Assembly: GCA_964545795.1 (NCBI GenBank)
Contig: CAZJGC010000003.1
Coordinates: 738 to 64,737 of the forward strand
Length of the DNA: 64,000 nt
Reading direction: 5' to 3'
Source: an uncultured archaeon
Lineage (GTDB): Archaea > Aenigmatarchaeota > Aenigmatarchaeia > Aenigmatarchaeales > DAIDAN01
This document shows positions 18,614-26,932 of this stretch, in pieces. The first letter of the stretch is position 1, and the number at the start of each line of letters is the position of its first letter. A program made the translations under genes and the position numbers. Below the pieces are notes generated by a model that saw only the letters and a program-made list of their open reading frames with translations, ran no database searches and had not been told where the DNA came from.

Positions 18614-19987
18614 ATGAAAAAAATACTTATTGCGTCTATTTTGGTTTTATTTATTCTTCCTGTTCTAGTTCATGCTCAAGTTGAACCAAAAATTAAAACC
18701 CTTGTTTTTGTTGGAAAAGGAATTGCAGTTTCTCCTAATGATCCATTAGACTTTAGAATGGTTAAGGCAGGCGTTGGCAGCGTAAAGGTTTCATTGGCGG
18801 GAGAAACAACTGAATTAAAAGTCGGAGTACTTATTCTTGACGGAGAGAAATATAAATTAAAAAACATTGTAGATGATTCAGATGGCGGAGTTTCCGGTGA
18901 TGTTTACAGAAACAATTCGCGGGTTGGCTCGTTTTCTGTTTCATCAGTTTTAAAAGATGATATAACTGTATGGGCTGGCAAATTAGAAGTAAATGGAGAG
19001 ACATTCAATCTCTATATATTAGAGGCATCAAGAAAAGCAAGACCTGATGAAATAAGAGAGAAAATATCTGATTATTGCAAAGCCAATAAAAATGACCCTA
19101 ATTGCAGGCAGAGAATGGCTGAATATTGCAAAAACAATTTAGATGATTCCAGATGCAAAGAGATTTTTAGAAGATATTGCAAAAACAATTTAGATGATTC
19201 CAGATGCAGAGAGTATATTAGGAGTTACTGTGATAAAAATCCTGAAATAGAAGATTGCAGGGTTTTTGTTGTAAAGAGGACGGCTAAATTCTGCAAGGAG
19301 CATCCAAATTCAGAACATTGTATAGAGATAGAAAAAAGATTGGTTGAATGGTGCTTGAAAAACCCTCAAACACAGAGATGCAAGAAGTTCTGTTCAGAAC
19401 ATCCAAAGAAATGTTTGAAGGTTGTTAAAAGTCTTGCAGACTTTTGTATGGAAAATCCGGAAAATAAACATTGTGTGAGATATTGCAAAGAACATCCTGT
19501 AGCATGCAAGAAGTTAGCAAAGAATTTGGTTGAATTGTGTGCAAAGAATCCTGATAGCACAAAATGTATTGACTATTGCAAGGAGCATCCTGTAGCATGC
19601 AAAAAAGTGACGGCTGAGTTAGCAAACTTTTGTATTGGAAGGGAAAACAATCCAAGATGCGTGAGTTTTTGCAAAGAACATGAAAACGCTTGTAAGAAAG
19701 TTTCCATAGAGTTGGAAGGTTATTGCGCTAAACACGCAGACACATTGGCATGCAAGCGATTTTGTGAAAAATTCCCGGAAAAATGCAAAGTTGCAAAGCC
19801 AGTTGAAGTTGAGATAGAAGGAAAGGATACAAGCGTATTGGCAGGCGAAACAAAACAGGTTGAGCAAAACACAGGTGAAACAGACGTAATAACCACGGCA
19901 ACAGGTAACAGCACAACGGTTGAGTCTGCAGGCGAAGCAGAAAAGACAACAGCAGAACATACAATAGAAACAAACGGTGGGGAGTAA
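18614..19987 (+). CDS. secreted cysteine-rich repeat protein: signal peptide, beta-rich domain, about 17 C-x8/10-C repeats, Thr/Glu-rich tail
   Basis: Signal peptide MKKILIASILVLFILPVLVHA. Repeats are YCKNNLDDSRCKEIFRR-like, with about 34 Cys. C-terminal TTATGNSTTVESAGEAEKTTAE tail. Confidence 0.6.
   Translation: MKKILIASILVLFILPVLVHAQVEPKIKTLVFVGKGIAVSPNDPLDFRMVKAGVGSVKVSLAGETTELKVGVLILDGEKYKLKNIVDDSDGGVSGDVYRNNSRVGSFSVSSVLKDDITVWAGKLEVNGETFNLYILEASRKARPDEIREKISDYCKANKNDPNCRQRMAEYCKNNLDDSRCKEIFRRYCKNNLDDSRCREYIRSYCDKNPEIEDCRVFVVKRTAKFCKEHPNSEHCIEIEKRLVEWCLKNPQTQRCKKFCSEHPKKCLKVVKSLADFCMENPENKHCVRYCKEHPVACKKLAKNLVELCAKNPDSTKCIDYCKEHPVACKKVTAELANFCIGRENNPRCVSFCKEHENACKKVSIELEGYCAKHADTLACKRFCEKFPEKCKVAKPVEVEIEGKDTSVLAGETKQVEQNTGETDVITTATGNSTTVESAGEAEKTTAEHTIETNGGE
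19124..19225 (+). repeat. 51-bp tandem duplication (2 units) inside the Cys-rich protein gene
   Basis: 19124-19174 and 19175-19225 are identical over the first 34 nt and then diverge. They encode the duplicated YCKNNLDDSRC(K/R)E unit. Confidence 0.8.
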
Positions 19988-20197
19988 ATGATGAAGAAAA
20001 TTTTTATTATTTTTTTAATTATGTCAGTAATTGCTGTAAGCGGTTGCATTCAAAATAATACGGCAAGCCAATCTCCTAATCAACAGGTGTCATCATCTGT
20101 AGAAGACCAGGCAGTCAGTAAGATAGAAAATGAGATGAATCAGGCAATAGAAAATATTACAATGAATGATATTGAAAATGCTCTGACAAGGCAATAG
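19988..20197 (+). CDS. small secreted/lipoprotein-like protein
   Basis: Signal peptide ending VSGC (lipobox-like), followed by a Gln/Ser-rich low-complexity segment. Confidence 0.35.
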   Translation: MMKKIFIIFLIMSVIAVSGCIQNNTASQSPNQQVSSSVEDQAVSKIENEMNQAIENITMNDIENALTRQ

Positions 20198-20240
20198 GCA
20201 AATTCTTTTTTATTTAAATAAATAAAGATAATAAATCTTT

Positions 20241-21944
20241 ATGTTATTTGAAGTTGTTGACAGGGATGCTGCAGGCAGGATTGGGAAATTAAAGATAGGA
20301 AAATATAAAATTAAAACCCCTAATATAGCGGTTGTAATAAATCCCAATAAGATGGTTGTGCCTATAAAAGAATTGAAAAAAATGGGAGTTGAAATAATAA
20401 TTACAAATTCTTATATAATAAACAATAATCCTGAAATCAGAGAGAAAGTGTTGGAAACAGGTTTGCACAAATTTTTTGGTTGGGACGGCCCAATTTACAC
20501 AGATTCTGGAACATATCAGATGTATTCGCGGAACATAAAAGACATTTCGCAAACGCAGATTCTGGAATTTCAAAGAACAATTGGTTCTGATATTATAACT
20601 CCTGTTGATGTTTTCACAACGCCGTTTGATTCAAAACCTGAAGCAAGAAAGAAATTAGAGGAGACAATAAAAAGAGTAAAAACAGCGAGAAAGACAGTGA
20701 AAACTGACCTTGTTGGGCCCATACAGGGAGGAAGTTTTATTGATTTAAGAAAAAAGGCTTGCAGAGAAATAGAAAAGGCGGGTGTTGATGTTTTTGCAGT
20801 AGGCGGCATTGTGCCATATATGGAATCTTATAAATTCACTGAATTATGCGAAACAATAATAACATGCAAGCAGTCGCTTCCTTCAAACAAGCCTGTTCAC
20901 GCTTTTGGAGCAGGGCATCCTATGGTTTTTTCGTTGCTTGTTGCATGCGGGTGCGACTTGTTTGATTCAGCTATGTATTCTTTGGCAGCAGGCAGAAATT
21001 CATATTTGACTGCAAGCGGCACAATGCATCTGGAAGATTTAGCGGAATTTCCATGTTCATGTCCTGCATGCATTAAAACAACACCATCTGAAGTAAAGAG
21101 AATGCAAAAGGAGGATAGACAGCAATTTCTTGCAAAACATAACCTATTTTCAACAATGCAAGAGTTAAAAACAGTTAGAAACGCGATTTCAAATAATAAT
21201 TTATGGGAACTTGTGCAGAGGCGTTCTTCTTCAAATCCAAGACTTTTTGAGGCATTTTTAACAATTTTAAAGAAGTATAAAGATTATTTTTTAGAGAAAG
21301 ACGTTTTCGGTAAGAAATCAGCTTTTGTATATAATAGTGAGGCATCAAAGTATAGGCCAGAGGTTTTTAAAGCAAAAGAAAGAATAAAAAATGTTAAATC
21401 AAAGAAATATTTCAAAAAAGAACCTTTTGGTAAAATACCTTACGAATTATACTTTGTCTATCCTTTTTATCAAAGCATTATACCTTTTTATAACGAGAAA
21501 AAACATGTGAAAATAGATGTTAAAGATATGATTAGAGCGGTTCTAGATTATCAATTTGGAAAAGGAACAAATGATAGAATAAAAGAATTTGAGGTAGAAA
21601 AATCAAGAAAAACAGGCATTATAAGGAGAATTTATCATAAAAACAAACTTATAGGCACTTTGAGGTCTTGGGATAATTTTCTTTTGCCAAGTATTTATGG
21701 CGCTGAATTATTAAAGATAAAAAAAGTTGTTGTAAAAGATAGGGATGCTGCCGAGTTTGTAAGCAAGGGCAGTGATTTGTTGGCAAAATTTGTTTATAAG
21801 GCAGATAAAATAATGCCTGGGGAGGAAGTTGCCGTGAAATATAAAAAGAAGATAATAGCTGTTGGCAGGGCATTGCTGAACTATAAGGAAATGAAGGAAT
21901 TTAATTATGGTGTTGCTGTAAAAGTGAGAAACCATATAAAATAA
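20241..21944 (+). CDS. tgtA: archaeosine tRNA-guanine transglycosylase (ArcTGT) with C-terminal PUA domain
   Basis: N-terminus MLFEVVDRDAAGRIGKLKIG is typical of ArcTGT; 567 aa matches TGT plus C1/C2/PUA. Confidence 0.85.
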   Translation: MLFEVVDRDAAGRIGKLKIGKYKIKTPNIAVVINPNKMVVPIKELKKMGVEIIITNSYIINNNPEIREKVLETGLHKFFGWDGPIYTDSGTYQMYSRNIKDISQTQILEFQRTIGSDIITPVDVFTTPFDSKPEARKKLEETIKRVKTARKTVKTDLVGPIQGGSFIDLRKKACREIEKAGVDVFAVGGIVPYMESYKFTELCETIITCKQSLPSNKPVHAFGAGHPMVFSLLVACGCDLFDSAMYSLAAGRNSYLTASGTMHLEDLAEFPCSCPACIKTTPSEVKRMQKEDRQQFLAKHNLFSTMQELKTVRNAISNNNLWELVQRRSSSNPRLFEAFLTILKKYKDYFLEKDVFGKKSAFVYNSEASKYRPEVFKAKERIKNVKSKKYFKKEPFGKIPYELYFVYPFYQSIIPFYNEKKHVKIDVKDMIRAVLDYQFGKGTNDRIKEFEVEKSRKTGIIRRIYHKNKLIGTLRSWDNFLLPSIYGAELLKIKKVVVKDRDAAEFVSKGSDLLAKFVYKADKIMPGEEVAVKYKKKIIAVGRALLNYKEMKEFNYGVAVKVRNHIK

Positions 21945-22068
21945 CACTGTTATATTTATTGTGAGACATAAAAATAATAGAAAAAACAAAAACATTAAAA
22001 TTTCTAAGTATTTTGGCGATTAGAGCCAAAATTTAATTTTTATAAAACTCTATTCCTAATATAGTAAT

Positions 22069-22365
22069 ATGCGCAGGAAAAAGAGAAAACATGACAGAAA
22101 AGTAGCTAAAGGCATAGATTATGAGAAATTGGCTAAGATATGGTATGTTATTGGGGATTGGATACATGTTGCGGAAATATCCAGGAGAACGAAGATAAAT
22201 GAATCAACAGTAAGATGGTATCTTGACAAATATTTGAACAATGCCATAGAACAGGAGAGAATTTCGCCAACAATAAAACTGCGTCTTGTCAGGTTAAAAC
22301 CGAATATGGACCTAAAATCTTATATAAAGGCATTGGAATTGATAAGGAAAGTCAAGACCGGTTAA
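22069..22365 (+). CDS. small basic hypothetical protein, possible wHTH
   Basis: 98 aa, basic N-terminus, helical. Confidence 0.3.
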   Translation: MRRKKRKHDRKVAKGIDYEKLAKIWYVIGDWIHVAEISRRTKINESTVRWYLDKYLNNAIEQERISPTIKLRLVRLKPNMDLKSYIKALELIRKVKTG

Positions 22366-22702
22366 TAGAATCAGCTATTATTTCAAGCCTGTTTTTATAG
22401 ATATTTACTTTTCCTTTTACTTTAATATAATCTCCTTTTTTAATGTTAAAATGATTTTTAAAGGCAACAACAAGTATTTCTGATGCATTGTCTGCTATAT
22501 TAATAAACATATTTCCTGATTTTTCATAGACAGAATTAACATAACCATACGTGATGATTTTGTCTCCTGACATGGATTTTTTTATGTCTGATATTTTTAC
22601 TGCTTTCACTTCCATTGTTTGTGTTATAAAAACTATTAATAATATTCCAATAACAGAGGCGAATATAGAGAGTTTAAGCAGTGTTTCATCTCTCATGTTC
22701 AC
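22352..22702 (-). CDS. membrane-anchored OB-fold (tRNA_anti-like) protein
   Basis: N-terminal TM, then OB-fold pattern (YVNSVYEKSGNMFINIADNASEILVVAF...GDYIKVKGKV). Confidence 0.5.
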   Translation of the reverse strand: MNMRDETLLKLSIFASVIGILLIVFITQTMEVKAVKISDIKKSMSGDKIITYGYVNSVYEKSGNMFINIADNASEILVVAFKNHFNIKKGDYIKVKGKVNIYKNRLEIIADSINRS

Positions 22703-22709
22703 ACCATGT

Positions 22710-23243
22710 TCACGTTAATTTCACGCTGTAAATTTTCTCATATACAGAACCATCTTTGGTAAGCGTTGATTTAAATAGTGAAATTTCTGACACAATTAAT
22801 ATTCCAAAATCCGTATTTTTGAATTTCTCCAGAATTTCTTTTATGTTGTGGTTTGCTGATTTAACTCTTGCTAGTGTTATGTGGGGTGCATGATTTTTCT
22901 CCTTTTCAAAACCTAATTCTTTAAGTTTGTTGTCAATTGCAACTGCTATATCATAAAATGTTTTGCTTTCAGCGCCTGCCCATACAACGCGTATGTAATT
23001 GTTGTTTGGAAAACAACCAATTCCTTTTATATTCATTTGAAATTTTTTGAATTTAGAGCATGTGTTTTTGATTATGTTTTTTATTTGTGTAATTTTGTTT
23101 TCATTGACATTGCCAAGGAATTTCAGTGTAATATGGAGGTTCTCCTGCGGCACAATCTTTATATCTCCTTCTAATTTGCGTTGTATATCTCTTAGTTTCA
23201 GTTTCAATGATTTATCCAAATCAATAGCAATAAAGCATCTCAT
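22710..23243 (-). CDS. thpR: RNA 2',3'-cyclic phosphodiesterase (2H family, ThpR/LigT)
   Basis: Two H-x-T-x motifs (HITLKF and HITLAR). Confidence 0.85.
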   Translation of the reverse strand: MRCFIAIDLDKSLKLKLRDIQRKLEGDIKIVPQENLHITLKFLGNVNENKITQIKNIIKNTCSKFKKFQMNIKGIGCFPNNNYIRVVWAGAESKTFYDIAVAIDNKLKELGFEKEKNHAPHITLARVKSANHNIKEILEKFKNTDFGILIVSEISLFKSTLTKDGSVYEKIYSVKLT

Positions 23244-23372
23244 TTTAAGAATATGTGTTTAACATATATTTAATATTATATAATTGCTTAAATATTATTA
23301 TTGTTATTGTTATAAATAAACATATTAAAATTTATTTTCAGACATTTTAAAAAACTTGCGAGTAGTGATTTT

Positions 23373-25691
23373 ATGAAAGCTGTAGTTAACGGTATTAATA
23401 AAAAAATAATAGAGGATTTTTCTATATCTGATAAAAGAAGCATAAATTTCTGGATATCAAGGTTGGAGAAATATTCAAAAAGCAAAGTTGTTTCTGCCTG
23501 TTTAAAGGTTGGTGTTGACAGGGAAATTGCTGAAGAAATAGCAGACAATGTTGACAGGTACTGCGATGAAAGTATGAAAATGTCTGAAGTAAGGCCTTTA
23601 ATATTTGCGTTTCTGAGCAAAAAAGATGCTGCTGCGGCAAGGAGATTCAGGGCAGGAGAAATATATGTAAGGACATCATCAGAAAACTATGAAAAATTTG
23701 ACAGAAGAAAAATTGTGAAATCTTTGTTAAGAGAAACAGCTATAAGCGAAAAAGACGCTGAATATATATCAGTTGAGACAGAAAAATTTATACGTGCGGC
23801 AAATCTGGATTACATATCTTCGTCTCTTCTAAGGGAGATAGTTAATATAAAACTTCTTGAGTATGGTTTTGAGGACATACATTCTGATTATACAAGAATA
23901 GGAAAGCCTGTTTATGATATAACACAATTAATAAACATAGGAGACAATGAAAATGCAAATTTGCAGTATAATCCAGAAACAATACATAAGCTTATAGCCG
24001 ATAATGTTTTGCGCGAATATGCGCTTACAAAAGCAGTGCCAAGGCATGCTGCAGATGCCCATCTGCGCGGCATAATACATATTCATGACATGGATTACTT
24101 TGTTCTTCGTCCCTTCTGTTTTTCGCATGATTTGCGTTTCTTTCTAAAAAATGGCTATAAGGCAGATGGTCAAGGAATACATACAGCAGCAGCAGGTCCT
24201 GCAAAACATGCTTCTGTTGCTATACTTCATGCAGCCAAAATATTGGCAAGCGCTCAGACAAACTGCGGAGGAGGTCAGGGATTCAACTGGTTTAATGTGC
24301 TGCTTGCTCCATATTTGAAAGGAATGAATTACAAACAAATGAAACAAATGGCTCAAATGTTTCTTTTTGAGATGTCGCAAATGTATGTGGCAAGAGGCGG
24401 ACAGACAGTTTTCTCTTCAATAAACATAGAGCCGGGAGTTCCTAAGGTTCTTGAAGATGTGCCTGCTGTTCTTCCCGGAGGCGTTACAGGGAAAGACACT
24501 TATGCAGATTATTATGATGAAATAAACCAGTTTTTCAGGGCTTTTATAGATGTTTACACTGAAGGAGACGCTTATGGAAAGTTGTTTAATTTTCCAAAAT
24601 GCGAGGTTAAAGTTTCAAAGAAGGACTTTTCCAAACATAGAGAAGAAATGGAGATGGTGTCAAAACTTGCTGCAAAGTTCGGAACTCCGTATTATTTCAT
24701 ACAACAGGATTATATGCCGGAATACAGTTGTTATCAGTGTTGCGCATATCTTATGCCCTTGAGCGAGCAGAATACTGATAATGATCTGTATAATGGAACA
24801 ACGCGCGGCGGAGCTTTGCAGGTAGTTACAATAAACCTGCCAAGAATAGGTTATGATGCAAAAGGGGATGATGATAAGTTATATGAATTGTTAAGAGAAA
24901 GAATGAATATAGCAAAGGATGTTTTGCTTGCAAAGAGGGAAATAATAAAAAAGAGAATGAAACAGGGATTGTTGCCGTTCTTGTCTCAAAGCATAGATGA
25001 TAAAGGAACCCCATATCTTGTTGTAGACAAACAGAGTTTGGAGATAGGCATGGTTGGTTTGAATGAAATGCTTCAGGCGCATACAGGTCATGAACTGCAT
25101 GAGGGTGTTTTGGAATTTGGTCTTAAATTTATTAAGAAAATGACTGATATAGCAAGGGAATTCTCTGAAGAAACAGGCCTTAAATTTGTTGTTTCAAGAA
25201 CTCCTGCAGAGTCAGCGGCTTATAGATTGGCTTCTCTTGACATGAAAGAGTATAATGGAAAGGCTATTGTTCAAGGTGACAAAGAAAAGAAGTCTGTATA
25301 TTATACAAATGGCAACCATGTTCGCCCGTCTGCTGACGTGCCTCTTATAGAGAGAGTTAAAATAGAAGCATCTTTCTCGCCTTTGCTTATGGGAGGGACA
25401 ATGTCCCATATATGGCTTGGCGAAGCAAACCCCAGCGCAGAGGCTCTTACAAAGTTTACTGAGAATATAACAAAGAAGACGCTTATGGGATACTTTGCAT
25501 ATACAAAGGATATGACTGTATGCAAAAACTGCATGTTTGTGGCTCCCAACATGCTTAAAACTTGTCCTAAGTGCAATAGCAGCAATGTAGACTGGTATTC
25601 AAGAATAACAGGGTATTATCAGAAAGTATCAGGCTGGAATGCAGGAAAATTGCAGGAACTCTATGACAGGCGCAGATATACTGTTTCATAA
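23373..25691 (+). CDS. nrdD: anaerobic ribonucleoside-triphosphate reductase (class III RNR)
   Basis: C-terminal glycyl-radical region SRITGYYQKV, preceded by a Cys4 zinc ribbon (CKNCMF...CPKCNS); 772 aa. Confidence 0.85.
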   Translation: MKAVVNGINKKIIEDFSISDKRSINFWISRLEKYSKSKVVSACLKVGVDREIAEEIADNVDRYCDESMKMSEVRPLIFAFLSKKDAAAARRFRAGEIYVRTSSENYEKFDRRKIVKSLLRETAISEKDAEYISVETEKFIRAANLDYISSSLLREIVNIKLLEYGFEDIHSDYTRIGKPVYDITQLINIGDNENANLQYNPETIHKLIADNVLREYALTKAVPRHAADAHLRGIIHIHDMDYFVLRPFCFSHDLRFFLKNGYKADGQGIHTAAAGPAKHASVAILHAAKILASAQTNCGGGQGFNWFNVLLAPYLKGMNYKQMKQMAQMFLFEMSQMYVARGGQTVFSSINIEPGVPKVLEDVPAVLPGGVTGKDTYADYYDEINQFFRAFIDVYTEGDAYGKLFNFPKCEVKVSKKDFSKHREEMEMVSKLAAKFGTPYYFIQQDYMPEYSCYQCCAYLMPLSEQNTDNDLYNGTTRGGALQVVTINLPRIGYDAKGDDDKLYELLRERMNIAKDVLLAKREIIKKRMKQGLLPFLSQSIDDKGTPYLVVDKQSLEIGMVGLNEMLQAHTGHELHEGVLEFGLKFIKKMTDIAREFSEETGLKFVVSRTPAESAAYRLASLDMKEYNGKAIVQGDKEKKSVYYTNGNHVRPSADVPLIERVKIEASFSPLLMGGTMSHIWLGEANPSAEALTKFTENITKKTLMGYFAYTKDMTVCKNCMFVAPNMLKTCPKCNSSNVDWYSRITGYYQKVSGWNAGKLQELYDRRRYTVS

Positions 25692-25697
25692 GGGCAT

Positions 25698-25745
25698 GTG
25701 AACATGTGAACAACACGTGAACATAACGTGAAATTTGACGTGAAG
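25698..25745 (+). repeat. iteron-like array: 5 direct GTGAA(C) repeats at 8-12-bp spacing
   Basis: catGTGAACatGTGAACaacacGTGAACataacGTGAAAtttgacGTGAAG, immediately after the nrdD stop codon. Confidence 0.85.
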
Positions 25746-25791
25746 TAAAACTTTAAAAGTTTGTATTTTCATAATTTAGAAAGGTGATAGA

Positions 25792-26061
25792 ATGGGTAAG
25801 ATAACAATATTTACTTCAAAGACATGCACAAAATGCCCCCAAGCCAAAGCAATTGTTGAGGATGTTGCTAAAGAGATCGGGTGCGAAGTTGAATATGTTG
25901 ATATTGAAAAAGAGCTTTTTAGGGCTCTTGAAAATCAGATAGCCACTGTACCTTCTGTTATGGTTAATGGAATTATTGTATCAAGAGGGGAAATACCTAA
26001 AAAAGAGGATATATTATCAGTTCTTAATGGAAGTGAATGTTCACGTGAACAAAAAGAATAA
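25792..26061 (+). CDS. glutaredoxin-like/NrdH-like redoxin
   Basis: Thioredoxin fold with a CTKC active-site motif. The C-terminal codons (SREQKE) are encoded by the first GTGAA repeats of the next array. Confidence 0.55.
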   Translation: MGKITIFTSKTCTKCPQAKAIVEDVAKEIGCEVEYVDIEKELFRALENQIATVPSVMVNGIIVSRGEIPKKEDILSVLNGSECSREQKE

Positions 26062-26144
26062 TTGTGAACAAAATGTGAACAACACGTGAACTTAATATAA
26101 ACTTCACGTGAACTTGTGAATATTCACGTGAAGGTGTCGTGAAA
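26033..26144 (+). repeat. iteron-like array: 9-10 direct GTGAA(C/T/G/A) repeats phased at 11 (or 22) bp, including the 12-bp palindrome GTTCACGTGAAC
   Basis: Repeat starts at 26033, 26045, 26064, 26075, 26086, 26108, 26117, 26128 and 26139. The array sits between the NrdH-like gene and nrdG. Confidence 0.85.
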
Positions 26145-26863
26145 TGGAACATAAAAAATTAAAGATTGGCGGAATACTAGATATTTCTACAATAGATTAT
26201 CCAGGCAAACTCACATCTGTTATTTTTCTTCATGGTTGTAATTTCAGATGTCCATTTTGTTTTAACCCTGAACTTGTGCTAGGAAAACCTTCACGTGAAC
26301 TTCACGTGAAAGAAATAATTGAGAAAATAAGTAATTTCAGGGATTTTATAGATGCGGTAGTTATTACTGGCGGAGAGCCTACGTTGCAACCTCTTGAATT
26401 TTTATGTAAAGAACTTAGAAAAATTGGATTATTTGTAAAGATAGATACGAATGGTTCAAATCCTGATGTTATAGAAAATTTAATAAGAAAGGGGTTGATA
26501 GATTTTGTCGCTCTTGATATAAAAGCGCCTTTTAGCAAATATTCACGCGTGATTGGCAATGTGCGTGAACAAGACGTGAACAATATTAAAAAAACATTTG
26601 AGATGCTTTTGAATTTTGATATAGATTATGAATGTAGAACTCCTGTTGTTCCAAACGTGAATATGCAGCACATGCAGGAACTTGCAGAAGATGTGAAGCC
26701 ATCAAAAGTTTTTGTTCTTGAACAATTTAAATGTGAAAAAGGCACTTTGTCAGGAATAAAAGGCAGCATATCTCGTGAAGAACTTGTGAAAATAGCAAAA
26801 ATGTTCTCAAACAAAACAGTAAAGATAAGAACAGCAGAATCAGGCGAGGAAGTGGTAGCGTGA
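26144..26863 (+). CDS. nrdG: anaerobic RNR activating protein (radical SAM)
   Basis: CNFRCPFC radical-SAM cluster near the N-terminus. It contains three in-frame 11-bp-phased GTGAA pairs (26295/26306, 26565/26576, 26775/26786). Confidence 0.75.
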   Translation: MEHKKLKIGGILDISTIDYPGKLTSVIFLHGCNFRCPFCFNPELVLGKPSRELHVKEIIEKISNFRDFIDAVVITGGEPTLQPLEFLCKELRKIGLFVKIDTNGSNPDVIENLIRKGLIDFVALDIKAPFSKYSRVIGNVREQDVNNIKKTFEMLLNFDIDYECRTPVVPNVNMQHMQELAEDVKPSKVFVLEQFKCEKGTLSGIKGSISREELVKIAKMFSNKTVKIRTAESGEEVVA

Positions 26864-26931
26864 ATATTCACGTGAACTTCATGTTTTGTTCATATAGAAA
26901 TATTTAAATATTATCATGTTCACGTGAACAT
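26860..26931 (+). repeat. GTGAA repeats plus the perfect 16-bp palindrome ATGTTCACGTGAACAT (26916-26931) in the promoter/start region of the ExeA-like ATPase gene
   Basis: GTGAAT at 26860, GTGAAC at 26872, and the palindrome at 26916-26931. The track's GTG start at 26924 lies inside the palindrome. Confidence 0.8.
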
Positions 26932-26932
26932 T

